From Candidatus Obscuribacteraceae bacterium (GTDB lineage: Bacteria > Cyanobacteriota > Vampirovibrionia > Obscuribacterales > Obscuribacteraceae): a stretch of 64,000 nucleotides of DNA. The stretch is taken from NCBI GenBank assembly GCA_044226015.1, contig JBGAHS010000007.1:288001-352000 (forward strand), written 5' to 3'. The position numbers and the translations under genes are program-made. Under the pieces are notes generated by a model, which saw nothing but the letters and a program-made list of their open reading frames with translations, had not been told where the DNA came from and searched no databases. This document shows, piece by piece, positions 49,594 through 59,077 of the stretch (within the stretch, counting starts at the first letter, position 1; every line of letters starts with the position of its first letter).

Positions 49594-49689
49594 TGTCGTA
49601 TGCTTTACGATATAGTTGCACTTGAATTTAGGGGTGCTTGACAGTGCTTTGTTGATAGGTTTATGATAGTAAACGTAAAAACTACGATA
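49594..49689 (+). promoter_or_regulatory. sigma70-type promoter flanked by two GT-N7-AC operator-like sites
   Basis: TTGACA 49638-49643, TATGAT 49662-49667 (18-bp spacer); sites TGTCGTATGCTTTACGATA 49594-49612 and AAACGTAAAAACTACGATA 49671-49689. Confidence 0.7.
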
Positions 49690-49704
49690 AAGACGGGGGC
49701 GGAT

Positions 49705-50778
49705 ATGCGTAAATTAGATGGACTCTCCGCAGATAAGATTCTTGCTGTCGAAGAACCTGAATTGCTTTTCTCGAGGTTTTCAGATGAAGCCAAGCAAGAA
49801 TACAGGGCGCTAGCTTTAATTTGGCATCCAGATAACTATCGAGAGCCCATAGGCGCTTCTGTTTTTTCTCACATCAACTCACTGTACCGAAGCGGGCTTG
49901 CAAAAATGCAGGACGGCACATGGACAGAGCCTGCTGAAAAAATCGAAGAGCAAGTAGATGGTCGCAAGAAGTTCGTTCTGGAAAACAATCTGGTCAAATA
50001 CTTTGACTACATCAAAGCTCGAAAATTTGAACTAGGAAAAATGTATGTAGGCGAGCACTCAGTTGCGTTCGAGCTGAAACTTGAATATACAGATCTTTTT
50101 CACAATGCTCGAAGAATAATCGGAAAATTAGGCTACAAGGACGAAGTGATGGCGGTTGAGATGGCTAAATATCTCCCTCAAGTTGTGGATGCCTTTCGGT
50201 GCAAGAATTCGAATGTTCTGGTTTTTCGAAAAACCCCCGACCAGGTTTTGCTTTCAGATGTATTGGAGACTTTTGAAAAAGGTGTAGAGCCAATCGAGCA
50301 CGTGGGATGGATTTTGAATGTTCTGTATAACATTGCTTGCTATCTTGATTGGAGCAAGGTCTCGCACAACTCGATTTCTGCAGAAACGTTTTTCATTTCT
50401 CCTTTGCGGCACAGCGGAATGCTGCTAGGAGGCTGGTGGTACTCAACAGAGCGAGATGCCGCACTAATCGCCTTGCCTGCCAGCACTATAAATGCACTTT
50501 CGCCAGATGTAGTAGATCAAAAATCTGCGTTAGCTGAAATAGATCTTGAATGTGTAAAAGCTGTGGGACGAGAGGTGTTGGGTGACGGCGCTGGTGCTAG
50601 TTTGAGATTTGACAAACGAATACCACAACGTCTGGCAGATGCGCTGCTTATGCCGACTCGAGGAAACGCACTGCAGGACTATCGTGAGTGGAAGCATGAA
50701 GTTTTAGAAGATTGTTTTGGGCGACCTAAGTTCATTCCTATGAACATTAGTAGCAAAAAATTGTATAAGGAGATATAA
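49705..50778 (+). CDS. J-domain protein with a C-terminal degenerate kinase-like fold
   Basis: EYRALALIWHPD (HPD motif); HVGWILNVLYNIACYLDWSKVSHNSISAETFFI resembles a kinase alphaE/catalytic-loop segment lacking the Asp. Confidence 0.75.
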   Translation: MRKLDGLSADKILAVEEPELLFSRFSDEAKQEYRALALIWHPDNYREPIGASVFSHINSLYRSGLAKMQDGTWTEPAEKIEEQVDGRKKFVLENNLVKYFDYIKARKFELGKMYVGEHSVAFELKLEYTDLFHNARRIIGKLGYKDEVMAVEMAKYLPQVVDAFRCKNSNVLVFRKTPDQVLLSDVLETFEKGVEPIEHVGWILNVLYNIACYLDWSKVSHNSISAETFFISPLRHSGMLLGGWWYSTERDAALIALPASTINALSPDVVDQKSALAEIDLECVKAVGREVLGDGAGASLRFDKRIPQRLADALLMPTRGNALQDYREWKHEVLEDCFGRPKFIPMNISSKKLYKEI

Positions 50779-50780
50779 CC

Positions 50781-51698
50781 ATGGGTGGTGCTAGATGGAA
50801 TCCCGATGATTGGGATAGTTACGTATCGAAAACAGCATCTGTATCGACCGCAAGCTTGTTTGGGCGGTCCATGCATAAGGACCTCGATCCTCGGAAAATA
50901 AAACTGAGAGAGTCGTGCGACTCTGATGAAAATCCTAATTCAACTCCGATTATCATTGCAGTTGATGACACAGGCTCAATGGGTTTTCTTGCAGAGACTC
51001 TAATTCGAAAGGGTTTAGGTGTTCTGATAGAAGAAATCTACCTGCGCAAACCAGTAAGCGATCCTCACATCATGTGTATGGCTGTGGGTGATGCATACTG
51101 TGATCAGGCGCCATTGCAAGTGACTCAGTTTGAAGTAGATATGCGCCTGGTAGAGCAACTCTCTAATTTCTTCATTGAAGGAGGGGGTGGTGGCAATAGC
51201 TTTGAGAGCTATAACTTGCCCTGGTACTTTGCAGCTACGCGAACCAAATGTGATGCAATGTTGAAGCGTAATAGGAAGGGGTATTTGTTTACCGTTGGGG
51301 ACGAACCACCGCCGCCTAAGTTGCTGGCTGCGCATGTCGAAAAGTTCTTGGGCACGAAGTTAGAGCGTGATATGGACTCGGCTGAATTATTTAGAATGGC
51401 TTCCCGTCACTGGGAGATATTTCACATAATTATTGAAGAAGGCGATTTCTATCGCAGTAATCCTAGAAAGGTTCTTGCCGATTGGCGGAAGCTCGTAGGT
51501 CAAAGAGCTATCTGTCTTGCAGATCACAAAGAGCTTGCTGAGCTGATTGTCTCGACAATACAGGTAAATGAAGGAAGTTCAATTGAGGAGGTTGCTGCAT
51601 CGTGGTCGGGAAGTACCGCCCTGGCTGTATGCGATTCCTTGAAAAGCTTGCAACCGGTGGGTGCAAACAGCAAGTCAAAAGGTGTGACCAGGTTTTAG
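50781..51698 (+). CDS. vWA-like (MIDAS) domain protein
   Basis: PIIIAVDDTGSMG, AVGD, EGGGGGNSFESY, FTVGDE; RBS AAGGAG inside the previous gene's end. Confidence 0.8.
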   Translation: MGGARWNPDDWDSYVSKTASVSTASLFGRSMHKDLDPRKIKLRESCDSDENPNSTPIIIAVDDTGSMGFLAETLIRKGLGVLIEEIYLRKPVSDPHIMCMAVGDAYCDQAPLQVTQFEVDMRLVEQLSNFFIEGGGGGNSFESYNLPWYFAATRTKCDAMLKRNRKGYLFTVGDEPPPPKLLAAHVEKFLGTKLERDMDSAELFRMASRHWEIFHIIIEEGDFYRSNPRKVLADWRKLVGQRAICLADHKELAELIVSTIQVNEGSSIEEVAASWSGSTALAVCDSLKSLQPVGANSKSKGVTRF

Positions 51699-51708
51699 GC
51701 GCGGGAAG

Positions 51709-51736
51709 AAGCTGGGCTCATCATTGAGCCCAGCTT
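51709..51736 (+). other. perfect 12-bp intergenic hairpin inside the operon
   Basis: AAGCTGGGCTCA-TCAT-TGAGCCCAGCTT; only a short T run follows. Confidence 0.65.
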
Positions 51737-51762
51737 TCGACTTTCACTCTGAGGAGAAAATC

Positions 51763-52947
51763 ATGAATACTGCAAAAGTCGTGATTGGGGCGAATTTTGG
51801 TGATGAAGGGAAAGGACTGATGACCGACTACTTCGCAAGTAAAAATGCGAAGAATTCTATTGTGGTGCGCTTTAACGGAGGCTGCCAGGCTGGGCACACC
51901 GTTCAAACACCAGAGGGCAAACGTCATGTCTTTAGCCACTTTTCCTCTGCTACATTGGTGAATTGTCCAACATTCTTGTCTCGTTTCTTCATTGTCAACC
52001 CGATGTTCTTTGTCAAAGAGCTCGCATCTCTCAGGCTGCTGGGAGTTGACCCTACTGTGTTTGTTGACCCGCGTGCTATCGTGAGCACACCTTTCGACGT
52101 TTTTTTGAATCAGTTGCTTGAGACTAAGAGAGGCACTAAGCGGCATGGAAGTTGTGGACTAGGCATAAACGAAACTGTCAGTCGCTGCTACCGTGAAATT
52201 TCTTTCAAGACGACTGTAGCTGAGCTCTTTGATCTTGAAAGCTTTAAGCGTAAGCTTCGACACATTCAAGCAAACTGGCTTCCCTTGCGGTTAAAAGAAC
52301 TTGGTATCGCCGAGCAAGATAGTATGGTGCTTTCGTTTTTGAGCATGAGCGAACAAATTATTGATCGCTTTTTGTCGGATGTATCTGAATTTCTGCTTGA
52401 AACTGTTTGTTCGGAAAAGATTCCAGGGAAAAGAGAGATCATCTTTGAGGGTGCTCAGGGGTTGCTTCTTGATGAATTCAGAATTGATAACTTTCCGCAT
52501 TTAACAAGGTCACGGACAGGGCTAAGCAATGTAATTGTGCTTGCCCGGGAAATGCAAGTTGAGCATCTCGAAGTGACTTATGTAAGCCGTACTTATTTGA
52601 CTCGGCACGGAGCCGGACCATTAAAGAACGAGGCACAATGGTCTTTGCGGGATGACACCAATGTTCCAAATCAGTTTCAGGGCAGTCTGCGATTTGCAGA
52701 TCTTGATCTTGATCAACTTCGGTATGCCGTCAGTCTCGACTTGAATGCAGCACGCTATCAATTTCCGAATATAACAGCGCATATGGCATTGACTTGTGCC
52801 GATCAGCTTGCATTGCCCGAGTCGACAAGCCTCCCGTTGCCTTTGAAGTATGTGGCTTTCGGACCAACACGTGTCGACGTAAGAATGATAGAAAAAGAAT
52901 TTGACAGTCCCCGCGAAAGAGCTTTAGCATCAACTGCTGTCGTTTGA
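51763..52947 (+). CDS. adenylosuccinate synthetase-like paralogue (divergent PurA family)
   Basis: GANFGDEGKG, RFNGGCQAGHT, FEGAQGLLLD, TRHGAGP; lacks the GATTGRxR loop; RBS GAGGAG. Confidence 0.9.
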   Translation: MNTAKVVIGANFGDEGKGLMTDYFASKNAKNSIVVRFNGGCQAGHTVQTPEGKRHVFSHFSSATLVNCPTFLSRFFIVNPMFFVKELASLRLLGVDPTVFVDPRAIVSTPFDVFLNQLLETKRGTKRHGSCGLGINETVSRCYREISFKTTVAELFDLESFKRKLRHIQANWLPLRLKELGIAEQDSMVLSFLSMSEQIIDRFLSDVSEFLLETVCSEKIPGKREIIFEGAQGLLLDEFRIDNFPHLTRSRTGLSNVIVLAREMQVEHLEVTYVSRTYLTRHGAGPLKNEAQWSLRDDTNVPNQFQGSLRFADLDLDQLRYAVSLDLNAARYQFPNITAHMALTCADQLALPESTSLPLPLKYVAFGPTRVDVRMIEKEFDSPRERALASTAVV

Positions 52948-53936
52948 GATATTTGGGGGCATGCTTGAAAACTCGTTTGTTGGTCGCAGCATCAGCTGCA
53001 CTCACGTTGATGACCAGTCTGTCTCCGAGTTCTTTTTCATCTGAGCGCATCAAACTTTTAGGCACGAGCGGTCATAGCGAGTATGCTCTTTCCAACCTCA
53101 AGAATTCCGCATCTAATTCTAAAGGTGAACTATCGCCGCTTGGTCTACAGTTCGCGACTAAGTTGGGACTACTTCCAAAGATTCAACGTCTGCAAGCCTT
53201 GCGTTCTCAACCTAACCTGGATGCATCAGGAAACGTCGAAATGCTTATGGTCAAGCAAGATTTGCTCGAATCAATTGTCATAGCAGCGGAAGAATTACGT
53301 ACTGTTGTTGCTCGAGTAAGTAGTGAGATTGCTGATACGTCTGAAGTTCATGCGCACTTATCTGAGAGAAGAGACAGAGCCGTCCGAATCAATACTTATG
53401 CTAACCTTGTCAGCGGTGGCATTACTGGTATGGTCGGAGGTGGGCTCAAGTTGGGTGATGTTAATCACATAAGTCCTGATTTGATTGATACCACCGAAGG
53501 TGTCATCCAGACAGCCTTAGCTACGTGGGCGCTTGCTCAGCAAAGAGGAGAAGAGCGCTACATGCGCAAAACCCCTAGCTTATTAGCTCATTTGATGAAC
53601 AGTAGCTCCGAGTTGTCGTCTGACTTTCCCACTAGTGTCTGGGCGTACCTCAATCTTCCTGCAAGAAATAACAATGACACCATCGTCAAAAGTTTAGTTG
53701 ATCGATGGTTTACATTGAATCTCTGTCTGAAACACTCAGGTCATCGTGAATCAAGAGCTTCCAGGCAGTTGCGCATTTCCAATGATGAGAAGAAGAATTC
53801 TAAGGTGACGATAGACGTGCTTGAAGACAGAATGGCAATGCTTTCCGACCTTCGAGCCTGCATTGAGCAGATGGACTTTCTCATTTTAGAATTGATGCAA
53901 TCTGTTAGAGGCAATCGCACCGTGCCGACTAACTAG
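52944..53936 (+). CDS. exported hypothetical helical protein
   Basis: Signal-like N-terminus; internal Gly-rich hydrophobic hairpin; start uncertain. Confidence 0.7.
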   Translation: MRYLGACLKTRLLVAASAALTLMTSLSPSSFSSERIKLLGTSGHSEYALSNLKNSASNSKGELSPLGLQFATKLGLLPKIQRLQALRSQPNLDASGNVEMLMVKQDLLESIVIAAEELRTVVARVSSEIADTSEVHAHLSERRDRAVRINTYANLVSGGITGMVGGGLKLGDVNHISPDLIDTTEGVIQTALATWALAQQRGEERYMRKTPSLLAHLMNSSSELSSDFPTSVWAYLNLPARNNNDTIVKSLVDRWFTLNLCLKHSGHRESRASRQLRISNDEKKNSKVTIDVLEDRMAMLSDLRACIEQMDFLILELMQSVRGNRTVPTN

Positions 53937-55275
53937 TTGAAGTGTTTCGTGCTTTTCGTTTAAATAGTTTTCTCATTCTCACCACTGCGCGAGCGCCGCG
54001 TTTTGAATTAGTTGTGCGCAGTTCTTTCGCCCGTTCTCTGTTCGCTGCTGCAAGCCGCTGAACCGGTTTTACAAGGCGCAAGAGCGGACTTTCACAGAAG
54101 TGTTCTCCATGAACATTTACGGTTCCGCTGAATTCTGCCTTGATCAACTTCTGAACTATTTCCATAGCGGCATTTGGATGACCCATAGCAAGCGAATTCT
54201 CCTGCATCTGGAGAAACTTTTCCTTGTCATCGAGAAGTCGGTCAATTTTGAAAGCTAGCGCAGGCAAATTATTGCAGCGAATAGCCACGCCTTCCTCCAG
54301 TAAATGATCTGAATTGCGTTCCTCTTGTCCGGGAATCGGATTTACTATTGTAAAAACAAGACCTTTTGCTAGAGCTTCAGAACTGGTTAAGCCGCCTGGT
54401 TTGCCGAGCAGGATATCTGATGCAGACATTAACTCGTCCATTTTGTCTGTGTAGCCAACTGGCTTGATAATAACATTGCTGTCTGCGAAATCTCGCTGTG
54501 ATACATAGTCAAGCTTCTCCTTCAGCTCAGGATTACGTCCGCATAGAGCTAGAACCTGACATTTATTGTGCATGTCTTTGAGCGAATAAAGTATGTCTTG
54601 GACAGGTCCGACCCCAAAGCCACCTGCAGAAAGGAGGATGGTCGGCAGCTCTTGCTTCAGTCCGTATTTCGCTCGCATTTCTGCTTTGCCTTTTCGTTCG
54701 GCAAAAACAGGGTCGATTGGAATACCTGAAACTGTCACTCTTTCGGGAGCCACACCTAGCTTGCGTAAATGTTCTCTTGTTTCATCGAGAGCTACAAAAT
54801 ACTCATCAAAGTGCCTGCACAACCACATTGCATGCATATCAAAATCTGTCACAACGACAGCCTGTCGGGAGTCGATTTTCTTTTTGCAGAGAAGCCATGA
54901 AATAATTTCTGCTGGTAAAAAATGCGTGCACACGACCAGGTCTGCATCATAATCGCGAAGGAGTTTTGCTAAAGGCATAGTATTCAATCTGTCGAAGGCT
55001 AATCTTTGTCCTTCATCTTTCCATGGAACATCTGCCGTGTCATACAAAATTCCAAGAACAGTGGGTGCTTTGTTCACCATGTCTATGTAGCCACGTGAGT
55101 AAATATTTCTCAGAACTGGATTTGTGTATTCCAGTGCATCCACGTGCTGAACTTCTTTTGCGGTGCCGCTAAGCTTGAACGCTTTTTCCATTGCTTGACC
55201 AGCTCGTACGTGCCCTGCTCCGGCAGAAGCGGAGAGTATTAGTACGCGATTGAGCAATGGTTGTGAAGTTTCCAT
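53929..55275 (-). CDS. UgtP/MGDG-synthase-family glycosyltransferase (GT28)
   Basis: SASAGAGHVRA, VCTHF, VVTDF..H..W, GIPI, KPGGLT, PIPGQEERN. Confidence 0.92.
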   Translation of the reverse strand: METSQPLLNRVLILSASAGAGHVRAGQAMEKAFKLSGTAKEVQHVDALEYTNPVLRNIYSRGYIDMVNKAPTVLGILYDTADVPWKDEGQRLAFDRLNTMPLAKLLRDYDADLVVCTHFLPAEIISWLLCKKKIDSRQAVVVTDFDMHAMWLCRHFDEYFVALDETREHLRKLGVAPERVTVSGIPIDPVFAERKGKAEMRAKYGLKQELPTILLSAGGFGVGPVQDILYSLKDMHNKCQVLALCGRNPELKEKLDYVSQRDFADSNVIIKPVGYTDKMDELMSASDILLGKPGGLTSSEALAKGLVFTIVNPIPGQEERNSDHLLEEGVAIRCNNLPALAFKIDRLLDDKEKFLQMQENSLAMGHPNAAMEIVQKLIKAEFSGTVNVHGEHFCESPLLRLVKPVQRLAAANRERAKELRTTNSKRGARAVVRMRKLFKRKARNTSTS

Positions 55276-55409
55276 AGGTTTCCTTTGATATTCGAGACTC
55301 ACATACGACTGTCTCAGATTTCCTAAATGAACTGTTCCCCACCCTCACAGTTCATTTAATGTTCTTTCGTCTTCACTTATGATTCCCTTTATTCATTATA
55401 ACGAACTGC

Positions 55410-56813
55410 TCAGGGTGAAATCATTTTTTCTGCACGAACAAAACGGTCAAAGTCCTCAGCAGAGAGGAATCCCAGCTTTGTACATGCTTCCCTGAGGCTG
55501 CTGTTGTCTACATAGGCTTGATGCGCGACTTGCGCGGATTTGTCATAGCCGATGTGTGGCGTCAACGCTGTTACGAGCATGAGTGAGCTATCGACATAAG
55601 TTTTGATTTTGGCTTCATTCGCCTCTATTCCCGTCACAAGATATTTTACGAAAAGAGGCATGGCATCTGATAAAAGTCGAATCGAATGAAGAAAATTGTG
55701 GATGATTACAGGCTTGAATACGTTTAGCTCAAAGTTGCCCTGGCTGCCGGCAATGCCAATTGCTGCGTCGTTTCCCATTACCTGCACCGCAATCATTGTC
55801 ATAGCTTCGCACTGAGTAGGATTTACTTTGCCTGGCATAATCGATGAGCCGGGCTCATTTTCAGGCAATTGAAGCTCTGCCAGTCCGCATCTAGGACCCG
55901 AACCCAGCCATCTTAAATCGTTTGAGATTTTCATTAGACTGCACGCCAGCGTCTTCAGTGCTCCACTTGCGAAAACAAGTGCATCATGTGCCGCGAGTGC
56001 TGCAAACTTGTTTTGCGCTGAAGTGAAGGGCTGCCCTGTTTCTTTTGCAATCTGCCGCGCTGCCATTTCAGCAAACAGAGGGTGGGTGTTGAGTCCCGTG
56101 CCTACTGCTGTTCCACCAATCGCCAGCTCACATAGCCCCGGTACAGCAAGTTCAATCCTCTTCACATTGTCATCCAATTGGCAGATATAGCCGGAGAATT
56201 CCTGTTCCAACGTCATCGGTACCGCATCCATGAGATGTGTTCTTCCAATTTTCACGATCTCTTTAAATCGTGATGCTTTATCTTTCAACGCAGCACTAAG
56301 TGCCTTCAGTGCCGGGAGTAGGCGCTTGTTTATTTGTTCGACTGCTGCAATGTGCATTGCTGTTGGAAAAGTATCGTTTGATGATTGCGACCTGTTGACG
56401 TGATCGTTTGGGTGCACAGGGGTTTTGCTGCCCATGATACCGCCGCTGATTTCTATAGCTCGATTTGAAATTACTTCATTGGCATTCATATTGCTCTGCG
56501 TTCCGCTGCCGGTTTGCCATATGCGCAGAGGAAACTCCTCATCGAGTTTTCCTTCAATAACTTCATCGGCTGCTTCTGTGATCAATTTGGCAATATCTTT
56601 GGAGAGAAGCCCTAGCTCTGCATTCACAAGTGCTGCACTTTTTTTGAGAATTCCAATTGCGCGAATCATTTCTCTCGGCAAAACATCGTTTCCAATCGCA
56701 AAGTGAATCAGCGAGCGCTGCGTCTGAGCTCCCCAGTATCTGTCAGCTGGTACTTCGATTTTTCCCATGCTATCTGATTCAGTTCTCATAAGACTTTCGT
56801 TTGCATCAGACAT
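55410..56813 (-). CDS. fumC: class II fumarate hydratase
   Basis: [27 protein letters not shown] signature; RBS AGGAG before the ATG at 56813. Confidence 0.97.
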   Translation of the reverse strand: MSDANESLMRTESDSMGKIEVPADRYWGAQTQRSLIHFAIGNDVLPREMIRAIGILKKSAALVNAELGLLSKDIAKLITEAADEVIEGKLDEEFPLRIWQTGSGTQSNMNANEVISNRAIEISGGIMGSKTPVHPNDHVNRSQSSNDTFPTAMHIAAVEQINKRLLPALKALSAALKDKASRFKEIVKIGRTHLMDAVPMTLEQEFSGYICQLDDNVKRIELAVPGLCELAIGGTAVGTGLNTHPLFAEMAARQIAKETGQPFTSAQNKFAALAAHDALVFASGALKTLACSLMKISNDLRWLGSGPRCGLAELQLPENEPGSSIMPGKVNPTQCEAMTMIAVQVMGNDAAIGIAGSQGNFELNVFKPVIIHNFLHSIRLLSDAMPLFVKYLVTGIEANEAKIKTYVDSSLMLVTALTPHIGYDKSAQVAHQAYVDNSSLREACTKLGFLSAEDFDRFVRAEKMISP

Positions 56814-56951
56814 GGCAGCTCTCCTGTTGTTTTGAGCGAGTATAGCCGAAGACCATGCTTGCGGGTGCTTGACATAACTGCATCCAATCACGGAGAGATC
56901 TTGTATACTGTGAGCCGAGCAAGGTAGAACGTATCGGCAAAGGAGTTTCCA

Positions 56952-58040
56952 GTGCGTATTGTAGTTTTTGGCGGCGGGATGCAAGGATGTGTAATCGCGA
57001 AGAATCTCGCAGATCGCCCTGAGAAGCCTGAGGTTATCGTCGCTGACCTGGTCAAGCCCGTTGCCCTTCCGTCCGGTGTTAGTTCTGTCATAGCTGATGT
57101 TACTGACCCGGCACAGGCTAAGAAAATTGCAGATGGCGCTGACGTTGCGGTATTGGCTGTGCCGAGTAGAATTGCGCATCAAGCTTTGCTGAATCTCATT
57201 CAAGCTGGCGTTGCTGTTGCAGATGTTTGCTTCACCCCTGACCCTCCGCTTGATCTGGCAGACTTAGCAAAGAAAAATGGTTCTTGTTGCGTTATTGACT
57301 GCGGAGTTGCCCCAGGACTCAGTCACCTTCTTGTTGGTAGCGCTTATCATAAGCTTGGTGGATTAGATAGTGTGAAGATTTACGTTGGCGGTGTGCCCCA
57401 AAATCCTCCAGCAGCGTTCAGGCATGCGGTTTATTTCAATCCGCACGATTTGATGTCGGAATACATCAGACCAGCTCGCGCTCGGCATGAAGGGCAAAAT
57501 ATTGAACCGCATCCGATGGCTGCACCTTTTGAAAAATTCATGGACAGTGAACTCGGCGAAATGCAGTCTTTCTTGAGTGATGGTTTAAGAACTTTGCTAA
57601 CAAGCTATCCCGAAATTCCATTTATGGAAGAACGCACTTTGCGCTGGCCTGGACACCTCGACACAATGAAGACACTCCATACAATGGGCTTCCTTGACGA
57701 TCCAGTTGCGTGTCCTGCGATTACCAACACGCTCGGGGCAAATTATCCTGCTGAGAGATTTCAGGACGTTTTGCTAATGAAAGTTGAAGCGCATAAAGGT
57801 AAGGACAAGCTAGAGTGGCGATTAATTGATCGCTTCCATGACGGAATGACTGCCATGAGCAGAACTACGGCATTCACTACTGCCGCCACAGCGATGGTTC
57901 TGGCAAGAAAGCAATTTACTGAGCCGGGTATTCATCCTCCCGAGCACCTTGGACACAAGGACGATGTCACTCAAGCGATGTTGAAAGACTTGCATGAGCA
58001 TGGTGTTATCGTGAAGGATTTGACCCCCAGTAAGGCTTAA
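56952..58040 (+). CDS. saccharopine dehydrogenase / lysine 6-dehydrogenase family
   Basis: GGGMQG Rossmann motif; [33 protein letters not shown]. Confidence 0.88.
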   Translation: MRIVVFGGGMQGCVIAKNLADRPEKPEVIVADLVKPVALPSGVSSVIADVTDPAQAKKIADGADVAVLAVPSRIAHQALLNLIQAGVAVADVCFTPDPPLDLADLAKKNGSCCVIDCGVAPGLSHLLVGSAYHKLGGLDSVKIYVGGVPQNPPAAFRHAVYFNPHDLMSEYIRPARARHEGQNIEPHPMAAPFEKFMDSELGEMQSFLSDGLRTLLTSYPEIPFMEERTLRWPGHLDTMKTLHTMGFLDDPVACPAITNTLGANYPAERFQDVLLMKVEAHKGKDKLEWRLIDRFHDGMTAMSRTTAFTTAATAMVLARKQFTEPGIHPPEHLGHKDDVTQAMLKDLHEHGVIVKDLTPSKA

Positions 58041-58930
58041 AGTTTGCTCGGGTCTTTCAGTTTGACCAGTTGTTCGCCTCTTAGGATGCGTTCAGCGAAT
58101 TCTTTTACTGAAGATTGCTCACGAGAACAGCCTTGAGAGCGAACTACCTGAGCGTCGTCGTTTAAGAGCGATTGCAGTTTTGCTTTGCTGGCGTCTGGGT
58201 CCATCTGTTTCAGCAAAATTGCCCCATAGAGACGAGCCGCAGCTGACTGCGATTTGAACAAAGCTTGAGCTTCAGAATTAGCAGCCTTGCCCTCGCTCAA
58301 AAGAGTTTGAAATGCCTGCCAGATTGGTGATGGTTTGTTCGTGTCACCTTGCTGAAAATCAACCAGCACGCTTGCATTTTGAAGCACTTGAAACGCTTTC
58401 TCTTTGTCTATAATGGGAGTTTTATACTTGCAAAATTGTGAGTACGCGAAGTTCAGATATTTGCCTGTGTCATTCAGGCTTCTTGCGATTTCGCCTACGG
58501 TGCTGCTAGTGCCCTTGCATCCACTGTGATACTCAACTTTTGCATTGTCGTTTAGTAGTTTTTCAAAGGTCAGATTCTTTCCTACTCTGCCTTGTTCTGT
58601 GAGCAGGACTGCTGCATACAATCGCCCAGCGGGGCTGCCCTGGCTCATCACTATGTTGAGGTCGTCTATCGTTAGTTCGTTCAACATGGCGCTAGCTTGT
58701 TGATAAGCTACATAGTTTTCGCTTGGATGAGGGCTTTCGCCTCGCATACCGTCATCAAAAGAACTCGCTTTCATAAGCGTTTTCAAACAGTTGGGCCTAG
58801 AATTACTCATTTTCGTTTTCTCAATTGCCTTTGCTGCAGGCATATCGGTACTGAATGTCTGAGCCAATGGAATTGTTGTCAGAAGCAGAATTAGAATCAA
58901 TCTTCGTTTATTGTGCATTTTGGGAACCAC
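58037..58930 (-). CDS. secreted hypothetical protein made of two tandem homologous domains
   Basis: Signal peptide; SPAGRLYAAVLL...LLNDNAKV...GC repeated as SAAARLYGAILL...LLNDDAQV...GC. Confidence 0.75.
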   Translation of the reverse strand: MVPKMHNKRRLILILLLTTIPLAQTFSTDMPAAKAIEKTKMSNSRPNCLKTLMKASSFDDGMRGESPHPSENYVAYQQASAMLNELTIDDLNIVMSQGSPAGRLYAAVLLTEQGRVGKNLTFEKLLNDNAKVEYHSGCKGTSSTVGEIARSLNDTGKYLNFAYSQFCKYKTPIIDKEKAFQVLQNASVLVDFQQGDTNKPSPIWQAFQTLLSEGKAANSEAQALFKSQSAAARLYGAILLKQMDPDASKAKLQSLLNDDAQVVRSQGCSREQSSVKEFAERILRGEQLVKLKDPSKL

Positions 58931-59077
58931 AGGCTGTTAAACTCGTTGCATGTCTTATTCCCCAATGTGCGTTTCTAGAAAGGTCTCTGAGTTCAAACAA
59001 AAAAATCTTATGTTGCGTCTCAATTGTTTACCCAGGCGCTAAGTAAGCTCATAATTAGAGCGGAGGAATGCAGGGTC

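Noticed and set aside
50767..50785. T7/pET-like RBS (AAGGAGATATAACCATGG) as vector contamination
   Set aside because: It differs from the vector sequence and is embedded in the last codons of the native upstream gene
51763..52947. PurZ (Z-genome) or housekeeping purA call
   Set aside because: It retains the Asp of GDEGKG (PurZ has Ser), has no datZ/mazZ/polymerase neighbours, and lacks the TTGRxR aspartate loop of canonical PurA
56814..57203. 130-aa N-terminal extension of FumC in the ORF track
   Set aside because: It overlaps the divergent dehydrogenase gene; FumC similarity and the RBS begin at 56813
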